Shown here: one piece after another, positions 54,181 through 64,000 of the stretch | Layout of the letters: the number at the start of each line of letters is the position of its first letter | Position numbering within the stretch: position 1 is the first letter of the stretch | NCBI GenBank assembly: GCA_951406725.2 | Contig: OX597814.1 | Span: forward strand, 121,334,001 to 121,398,000 | Direction of reading: 5' to 3' | Origin: Octopus vulgaris | Lineage: Eukaryota | DNA length: 64,000 bases | Made by a program: the position numbers and the translations under genes | The notes under the pieces: generated by a model | Databases searched by the model: none | Told to the model about the DNA's origin: nothing | The model's input: only the letters and a program-made list of their open reading frames with translations

Positions 54181-55536
54181 TAGTGTCGACCCTGTGTAGT
54201 GTAGTGTCGACTGCGTAGTGTCGACTCTGTTTTATAAATGTGAAGGCAAAAATGTTCAGCGTCTTTTGACCTAAGTGAAAAGGATATTTGACTTAGTTAA
54301 AATATTCTTCAGATATCATAGCGTTTTTAACTAGAAAAATCAGCATTCTAATTTTGAATCATACCAGTAATCATACCAGTAGGATGTCAATATTTCCATA
54401 TACTTGAATTAGTTCAAAGAACAACAATAAAATTTTGTGATTCCTATCACATTGATAGAAAGTCGTTATTTGACATCACACCGGATAAAGCTTGCTGAAG
54501 TGTTACTTAAGATGCCGAAATATTTTCACAAATGACAACAATATGATGCGCTACAAACATGGATATATATTGTTGTGTGTTTGTTGTTTATTCTTCTTCG
54601 ATTCACTGAAATGTATACTTGAGAAATTCCACGAAAATGAAAGATAAATTAAATTGTCTATCTTAGACGTGAAATGACTCAAAATCATTTCTTCACATCC
54701 TATATTGACACAGCAATTTAATACTTTGTACATGCATTTCCCACTTCGCCGTGAATCGAACTTTATATTACATAACTGGTGTCATGCTCAAAACCTAAGA
54801 ACGATGAAAATTAAACTTATATTTTACATATTCAAACTGAAGGATGCCTCTGATATGTATGTGTGTGTGTTTGCATGTGTGTGCTTGTCAATGAATGTGT
54901 TAATAAATGCTTTATGAAAGTGTAATGTTTTGATGTATGTATTGGTTAAGTGCTTAAATAAAATATAGTTCAAACAAGTTCTTCATAAGGTGTTGATGCC
55001 AATCATGTGTTACATCATTTCATCGACCCTGTATTGTATTTAATGTTTCATTTCATATTCATTCTCAAATACCCAAAGGTGTATATCCACGTAATTAATA
55101 TTGTATTTTAATTAGTTTCAATTAACAACACTTTTGATAATTAATTCGTTTTCAGGAATATCATTTTTGAATTATTCAGAAAAAGAAACAAGTAATTCAA
55201 AACAAGGAATTTGTTATACTTAAACACTTTGTTGTAAGTGAAGGAAAAGGGCAATTTTTATCTCAAAGACATTCAGTCAATTCGCTTCGAGTTGGATCTA
55301 AAACAAGTTCGACAATTCGAGTAACATAACAAGCAGAATGCAGTGCCGATTCTCTAAAATAACAGAATAATAGAAAATAATATTCACCAAAAACTGAAGC
55401 ATTTTAATTATAACAAGGATTCATTATAAATGCCAGGCAATTCGTCATAATATATCCACCTTGTATCACAATTTTCCTAAGTTATTCGAATTATGCTACC
55501 CTCTGAAAAGTCATAACTGTTTCCATCGCGTTATAT

Positions 55537-55747
55537 ACTCTTTACTCTCTTTTACATGTTTCAGTCATTTGACTGCGACCATGATAGAGCACCGCCTTTA
55601 GTCGAGCAAATCGACCCCAGGACTTATTCTTTGTAAGCCTAGTACTTATTCTATCGTTCTCTTTTGCCGAACCGCTAAGTTACAGGGACATGAAAACACC
55701 AGCATCTGTTTTCAAGTGATGTTGGGAGGACAAACACAGACACACAA

Positions 55748-55824
<77 letters not shown>

Positions 55825-55863
55825 TATATACACGACAGGCTTCTTTCAGTATCCGTCTACCAA
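55537..55863 (-). mobile_element. SINE family A, 3' two-thirds
   Basis: Reverse complement of tail and body. Confidence 0.88.
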
Positions 55864-57709
55864 AGAATTTACTGGATTCTTTCACAAATCACTTAAATAC
55901 ATTGAAGCATTTATTCAGCCACATTTTCTTTTAATATTCTACAATTATGGTATGATATAGAATTCGTTTTCAAATCTCAATGCTGAGCCCTAAGTCAAAG
56001 AAATACCTAGTATTTTTTATCTACTATTGTTTATATTCTAATTTATACTTTATTTTAATCAATATTATTGAACTGCATACTCTTAAAACTAGATGACGTA
56101 CGTTCCAACAAATACAATTCTAGATTAGGACAGTATATATGTTATTAGTCTCATGATTAGCAGGACCATGTGCACAAAAAAATAAGATTCAAATTATTCG
56201 TTTATTGTTTTTATGCGTATCCAATCCACGCAGACAACAATGTTTACTAAAATGAGATTCTGATTATTTATATTGGTAGCAGTTTTACAGGAGAGATTTA
56301 AGGAAGACAGACAATTCAGCTGAGCCTCAGTACATTATTAGTACTTTTGTTATCATGAATCGATGAATGAAAATTATAATCACTGCACATTAATAAAAAC
56401 ATTCTCCAATATATTGAATCCAACTTTTTGCTCTTATTCCAATACACCGTTCTATAAATGGACTGGATATTTATAACCAAAGAAAAGGTGTATTTTATCG
56501 ATTAAGTAGTATAAATTTCAATGAGTTTATTTGATATGATGAGTAAAATGACCGAACGTTTGGGACACTTGCTCCTTTTGGGTGATACATAACAGAGATT
56601 TTAAAACTCAAAATCGCAGCCAGGCCTATGATTGAGAAATTAGTCGTTATAATACTTCTATGAGGAATGTTTTGACATGACTTAATCTCGATATAGATTA
56701 CTAGGTGTGTTTCAGAGATCTCACTGTTTTACAAATACTGAGAGAAAATTTCAATAGAATGTTTTTTACCGTAATATGTGCGGTAGCCTAGTACCCTAGA
56801 TTGCATAGTCTCCTAGATATTTTTTGAAGGTTAAGACAGAAATGACTTAAAAAAGAGATCCAAAGCGGTCCCCCGTGGAGTAGCACAAAGGTCACAAAAT
56901 TTCTTATACCATTATTCTAATGTCTTACTGTTATACCATCCAGTAGATTAGTTTCGAGCATCTTATCAATGCTAAGTATTAGAACTCTACTTTGCGAAAG
57001 GCGGAAACTAAGTCCATATTTGAACCTACATATCGTCTCCTCCTAACAACCACCTCAATACTGTCTTTCTTGGAAATTTTATTATTTATCCACTAACTTT
57101 AAACTAAACCTGTTGCTCGAATCTATATTTTGTGTGTTTTATTTTCTATTTGAATGGCGATTTATGCAACTAAATAGAATTCATTCAATCTGCCAATTAT
57201 ATATCTCGCGAGGAGATTACTAAGAAGGATTATTAATTAGTTTGATTCATAGCCTATCTCTTTCGTGAATACCTTAAATTCATTTGTTGCCCCTAAAACT
57301 CCCCGACCAACAGCGATTGTTTCAATACTACTAAGAACATTTAATTTGTTATTCCTTTGGGTGTGAGTGGCTTCAAAGTACACAACTCAATATAAAACTT
57401 TTACTCTAACTGCGCTGATGGCTTTTGCGCAGTAATGGACGCATTAGATATTTTTCGCCATTTGAAACAGTTCGCATCCTCATATATTATGCATATTTCT
57501 TAACCACAAACGGACATACCAAGCATGTTTTATTATATTCTACATTCCAGCAAAGAAACAACATTATCAATCTTCTTGTGTTCGTTGGACACTATCTAAT
57601 AATCGTAACTCGCATCATATGCAACCCTATGCTCCTATGTAACGTTAATTTTACCATCTGAATTATTTGACATGTTGAGAGAGTTAATCCTTAAATCCTT
57701 AAAAATGTA

Positions 57710-57895
57710 TCAGCCCGAAAGCTGCGGCCATGCTGGGGCACCATCGTTGACTGAGCTACACTATTATGTGAAACCACCTCTGATACGTGACACTTGGTCA
57801 ACAAGGGAGTACGACGCCGCTGCCCACATCAGTGTTTCCTGCCGAAATGTAGGTTCATCTGGAACCCCTGACAATAGAATTAGACTGAATGCTCC
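57710..57895 (-). pseudogene. Short 3' end of the same CR1/L2-like LINE group
   Basis: Minus: LLSGVPDEPTFRQETLMWAAASYSLVDQV, tail GGTGCCCCAGCATGGCCGCAGC. Confidence 0.7.
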
Positions 57896-57899
57896 CTCT

Positions 57900-57971
<72 letters not shown>

Positions 57972-58760
57972 TTTTCTAGTCCCTTACTCAGATATTCACT
58001 GCCTGCTCTATAGATTCGTCTCTTCTCAATAACATATTCTCCGATGATCTCTTATGACCACCTCACAGATATAATAACACCAGCTACAACTCTTCATTTC
58101 TTCCCAAAAGTGAAACTCTGTTTTGTGTTTCTTCTTTTGTTTCAGTGACGAAATGTGGGGAGCAGAGTGTATATCCACTTTGAAGATATCTCTGACAAGT
58201 GAAATTATCCTAATACAAGACACCACGTTTGATATTTTAAGAGAGTGTGTAGACAACTCTAAATTCACCAAAGTATCAGATGCTAAATCTAAAACGTACG
58301 CGATATTACCGTTCCGATAACAAATATCATTCAAACATTGACATCCATTCGCTCGAGTTAATCAACAAACACAAAAATCCCCGCCATACTGCTGATATCT
58401 ACAAAGCGGAAATTTTTTTCTTACCAGATGACTAACATAGCAAATCACGACATCTTTCTAATAAAAATCGCCATCCTTCACACGACTCCAAAGTGAATGT
58501 AGACAAGGAAATTATGCCCTAATTCACAGGTGACACACCACAGTACATCTCATATTTTGAAAGTAAAGTTGCAGCATGAATTTCTCCATACAAAACATAT
58601 CAATACGTTCAGAGTTCCGATGCGAAAAATTCTCCCTGGTTCTAACATTAAATAATCTGAAATAATTTGAAATTTAATGCAAATAGCCGGCAAAAAGTTT
58701 AATGGTCACGTCTGCCAATCTTTTACTTCATTTCCCTCTCACTCTCTTTCTTTCTTTCTT

Positions 58761-58804
<44 letters not shown>

Positions 58805-59067
58805 TCATTCTTTCTTACCCTCTCTCTCTCTCTCTTTTGCTCTCTCACTCTCTTTCTATCAACTCTAATTTCTGTGCATAGTATTCAAGGCACCATAATT
58901 TTTTTAGGTCTTATTTTGTAATATCATGAATCAGTAGAATGAGTTTCTTGATCGGCAAAGCTTTCCTCAAACCATTATTCCATAGCTTTTGAGATATTCA
59001 CAATCACATCGTTTTAATAATTCGTTAGTAGCAATGGGCAATTGTTCTCACGATTTATTATACGTTG

Positions 59068-59104
<37 letters not shown>

Positions 59105-59105
<1 letters not shown>

Positions 59106-59539
59106 GGGGGGTGTCAGTTAAACACAAACCTCGAATCTGCTACATTCTATATAAATTCCCTACTGGGAATGACCAACATTAAGAGAATCTTATATTGCTT
59201 ATAAATTTTACATTTGGATGGACTCATATTAAACCCTGTTGGACTTTTTGATTTTACTCAAAGGATATTGGAATAATACACATATATACCATTATGCCTA
59301 TAAAACGGATTTATGAACTCAATAACCATACATATCTTACATCTATTTTCTTTCCTCCACCTCACACTCTATTTATATCACATCGAAGCTAACTATGACT
59401 TAACATTTCCTCTCACACTCTCTCCGATGAAGGGATATTATTATTAATTAATATTCTAGAAGCAGCTGTAAGACCTTGTATCTATAAATGCTCTAATATC
59501 TATACAGCCTCGTTCTTTTTTATCTCATTTCGCAAAAAA

Positions 59540-59545
<6 letters not shown>
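59105..59545 (+). mobile_element. HHR-bearing PLE-like element (family H4) in (TA)n
   Basis: tct-CCGATGA-A-GGGATATT..AATATTCT-A-GAAG-C-AGCT-G-TA-aga at 59421-59473; (TA)n on both sides. Confidence 0.65.
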
Positions 59546-59602
<57 letters not shown>

Positions 59603-60087
59603 TATATCATATCATAAGCTGTCACTATATAGAGTTTACCATCAGAATCAATGGCTGATCCAGCAAAATGTTAATGTGAAAATTATACAATAGTAAAGGT
59701 GGATTTGTCTTAACTACCAGCGACGATAAGTTTTAATCCCAAGCGAAATTTCCTTGCCAATATAGCACCTTCGCTCGTTGTGGGGCGGTTAACTCACCTT
59801 TTATTATATAAACTTGTATTATGTTTGTGGTTATAAGAGGCACCCTCAGTCACTAGGAGTGACGACTTTTCCTTTTTTAATGATAGATACAACAACGCCG
59901 AGATTACAAATTATACAACAGTAATTACTGGTAGATTCCAAGACATTCCTTGTCGTGCAACAACATATCAGTATATTCAATTAAGGTGTCTGAGATGTTA
60001 ATTCTAAAGCTTCTGTGATTATTCTTTTCACATTTGCGGAATTCTATAAAATATTGTAGTCATTTTTCTACCCAAACTTAATTTATA

Positions 60088-60570
60088 TCCTATATGAAGA
60101 TAATATGGACGCCGCTAGGGCTCGAAAGATTAACCGTTATGTAAACCTCCTCGAGGAATGTGAAGACGCAGGCTGGAAAGCAGAACATTTTCCAATTGAA
60201 TTCAGATGTAGAAGGTTTGTTGGATACAGTGTGAGACGACTGTTGTTATCGTTAGGCTTAACTCATCGTAAAGTCAATACCACCATGACCGATAGCCAAA
60301 CTACAGTGGAGAAGGCTAGCCACTAGATTTGGTTAAAAAGAGACGATGAGCGGTGGCTAGAAGAATATTAAGCTTTATTTGATAACCAGCTGATCTAGCA
60401 AGCAGGGCCTCATATCAGTGAGGGGGCCGGTGCGCATTGATGCCGTCAAGAGGTAGGCCCCGAAAAACCGCGCATTCTCTCCTGATGATCCCATACACTT
60501 GCTGGCTTCCTGTATGCGGAGTTTTTGACTGGTAGCACTTGCATGTGCAAGTTGTTTGCAAGACACCTAC
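60088..60570 (+). pseudogene. Restriction-like endonuclease C-terminus and 3' UTR of an early-branching (Hero-like) non-LTR retrotransposon
   Basis: PYEDNMDAARARKINRYVNLLEECEDAGWKAEHFPIEFRCRRFVG...VEKASH*IWLKR resembles the P(W)EE..RK..KY..GW...PVEVGCRGF pattern. Confidence 0.75.
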
Positions 60571-60899
60571 TATAATGAATTGCGTTGGATTATTGTATTA
60601 TTACATGTTCAATCGATGCGCTGTGGTAAGTGGATATTCGATGTAATATGAAAATTAAAACTTCCAAGTTTTCCCAGTATTTCGTATATTTTATTGGCTT
60701 TTCAGAGTACGTTCTGCAGTTTGGTACTTGTGTTCATTGAGAGGTGCTATTGTAATACAGCATTAACTTCGTGGTTAGATGTGATATATGACATGTTCCA
60801 TTTGCACGTCATTTTTTTATAGCTTCACCCACTCTTATAAATACTCCAAGACTTGATTAGCTACGTCAAACACAATAGTACGGTAGTATCTCGTCGATT

Positions 60900-61050
60900 T
60901 TAAAGATATTTTTGATAAGGTTCGTTTTTTTCAAGAAGAACCGAAACATGTAAAATCGCTAACAAAATTAAAATTTATCTTATATAGTGGTGTTTTCAAA
61001 CTTCTTTTTTATAAATATATACCCACTCATATACCACCTACACTTATTAT
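60900..61050 (+). mobile_element. Family H3 degenerate HHR element
   Basis: TTGATAA-GGTTC...GAACC-GAAA-CATG-TA-aaatc; tail shared with 12400-12530. Confidence 0.6.
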
Positions 61051-62061
61051 ATATATATATATCAATCATAACATATGATATCATAACCTGTCACTATATA
61101 GATTTTACCATCAGAATCAATGGCTGATCCAGCAAAATGCTAATGTGAAAACGTTTAAAAAAGATCACTGCAACTCATTGTAATGTAGTAAACGATGGTG
61201 TTCTTATATAAATAATAATAGAATACAAACCTTACAAATGACTTAAACATGCCACCTGCGTAAAACAAAGGAAAGATGCCAGGCCTTACTCTTATAATTT
61301 TAACATAAGCTGTTGATCTTTTAAAACCTGCGGCATTTTGGGGGACGAACACACCTTGATTACAATCACAGTGTTCTGAAAGTTGCATGTGGGTATCTCA
61401 ACATGTTTATGGAAAAAGGGATTTAGGAAATCTCTCCTGTCAAACTAGTGAATGGTCAGACTAGAATCCTTAATAAACAGAGACTAAATAAGAACATAGT
61501 CATATCTTTTCATTCACATACACGCACGCACACATGTTCCATCGCTGATAATTAAGTCAAATCCAACCTGTCACTATATAAATTTCACCATCAGAATCAA
61601 TGGCTGATCCAGCAAAATGTTAATGTGAAAATTATACAATAGTAAAGGTGGATTTCACTTAACTATCAGCGACGATGAGTTTTAATCTCAAGCGAAATTT
61701 ATTGCCAATATAGCACCTTCGCTCGTTGTGGGGCGGTTAACTCACCTTTTATTATAAAGACTTGAGCTACGTTTGTGATTATAAGAGGCACCCTCAGTCA
61801 CTATTAGTCACGGCTTTTCCTTTTCGGTTTTATATTGCGTCTAGACATCTTTACTATTTTATAAATTTCCCATTTTGTTGAGTCAACCATGGATTTCATT
61901 GTAAAATCTACATACTGACAGGTTGGTTTTGTCTTAACTCTAAGTGAAGGAGTATTACTACTGATGAGCTTTAATTTCAAACGAAATTTGCATACAATTG
62001 AATTTTATCTTTTTGGTTTCAGATTGCGTCTAACCACCCTTATACATTTATGTATGTATGC

Positions 62062-62422
<361 letters not shown>

Positions 62423-63538
62423 AATTAAGAAAAATATGATTAAAAACGAAAATGGCAACAACAATTGCAACAATGTGCTTTCCTATTAGTATGCACTGAT
62501 CACATATTCAGAGGACAGAATTGTAGATGAAATAGTAGAGAATATTAAAAATTATATTTTTGTTATCTTTAAAATATTCCCTATAAGTTATCTATGTAAA
62601 GCTAATCCCTGGCCCCTTCTGCTTTTCAGCAATAATTTACCAGGATGTTCTATCTTGTGCATAAATAGAAAAAAATCTCACCTAACGAGAAAAATTTCAT
62701 ACTACAATAAAATATTTCATTTTAACCTTTGCTTGCGGATATTAAAACGGGTAAACATATAATTAAAAATAATTTGAAGCATGCGATTTACACAAAGATC
62801 TTTCGTTCCAAATAATAAATTTTTTCACTGCAGTAAACGGCAAAATGTTGATTTTCTTTCAAAACCAAATTACAATTTTGCTATTCCTATTCACAACCTT
62901 GAATCTAAAAGAAATTATATGAGTTCCATTTTTATGTATTATCATTTTTAATAAAAGAAAAACACTAAATGCTTATATTCAGAGAGGTTTTCTAGCAACA
63001 ATACGTGCTTTAATTTGCAGTTTTGCAGTTGGTTTTTAAACTATTTCTCTGTTTAGTATTTGACATTCGAAATGCAAAACTAAAATTGAACAAGAAATGA
63101 AATGAAAAAAATTATTACATATAATATTTTATTTAAATATAACAGTAGTATAAAGGAAAATCGAAGACAAATGAAAAATAGTAAAGAAATTTGATTTTTA
63201 CAATATGTGAGAAAATAGGAATACAAACAAATATGATTTTTACGAATTTATTTATCAACATTTTAATTTTTTTTCACTTTTTGTGATTTCTTGTATCTTT
63301 GGATTCATTTAATAACTACGAAGTCCGAAGGTAAAACGTGCAAAAAATAAAAGCCACTTTGATTTATACAGTGCTTAAATTAAGGAAGAAAAACATAAAG
63401 GACCACTATCCCCTATGGAAAGTTAAAAAAAAAAATATGCAACATTCATAAACAAAACTTTTGTGTCAAAGACATCATATTCTCTCAGTATATATGTATA
63501 TAGTTACCTCAACATAGATAAACGTGTTTATATGTATG

Positions 63539-63608
<70 letters not shown>

Positions 63609-63766
63609 TATATGTATACATATATATATGTATACATAAATGTATATATTTATATATATATATGCATACATATATGCAAATATGTATGATTATATACATA
63701 TATATGTGTGTCTATATGTATGTATATATACATAGATATATACAATCATCAGCATCCATATACATG

Positions 63767-63816
<50 letters not shown>

Positions 63817-64000
63817 TCTTTAAAGCAAATATCCTTCTGCGCTCAGTAGTGTGTCTATGTGTGTTTATAACAAGTATATATCACATATAGAGCAACATAC
63901 CTTACGTTCCCAAGAGGTGGAAAATTGGAATATTTCGGATACAGCATTCGTGGCTATCTACAATTTTAGCAATTGTGACTGGTGATGAATGTGTTTTTAC

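Larger units (their letters stand above)
59615..61825 (+). repeat. Three dispersed direct copies of one segment (59615-59875, ~61085-61150, 61565-61825)
   Basis: CTGTCACTATATA...ACCATCAGAATCAATGGCTGATCCAGCAAAATG(T/C)TAATGTGAAAA present three times. Confidence 0.9.

Noticed and set aside
58120-58330. Candidate host exon after TTTTGTTTCAG
   Set aside because: No recognisable protein similarity and no partner exons; cannot be supported

Overview
Repeat-rich, very AT-rich eukaryotic DNA with no host-gene exon I can support. The SINE families and extreme (TA)n/(CA)n density suggest an octopus/coleoid cephalopod (inference). Almost all ORFs in the supplied track are microsatellite artefacts. The one intact long ORF (25295-27454) is a Penelope-like retroelement (PLE) RT + GIY-YIG protein. 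It sits in a 5'-truncated ~6.4 kb element inserted in (TA)n, which ends in an intact minimal hammerhead ribozyme (HHR, 31479-31521). Between its stop codon and the ribozyme lie ~4 kb of tandem and inverted repeats whose copies differ almost only by one-directional C/T (and A/G) changes, a pattern that looks like deaminase (ADAR- or APOBEC-like) editing fixed into DNA by retrotransposition. About 15 further HHR-like motifs occur in short, mostly (TA)n-embedded non-autonomous elements, some as divergent inverted pairs. The rest is decayed TEs (RTE, CR1/L2-like and Hero-like LINEs, mariner, DD37D, piggyBac-like, Helitron-like, long-TIR MITEs) and tRNA-derived SINEs. All alignments were done by eye, so boundaries are approximate.
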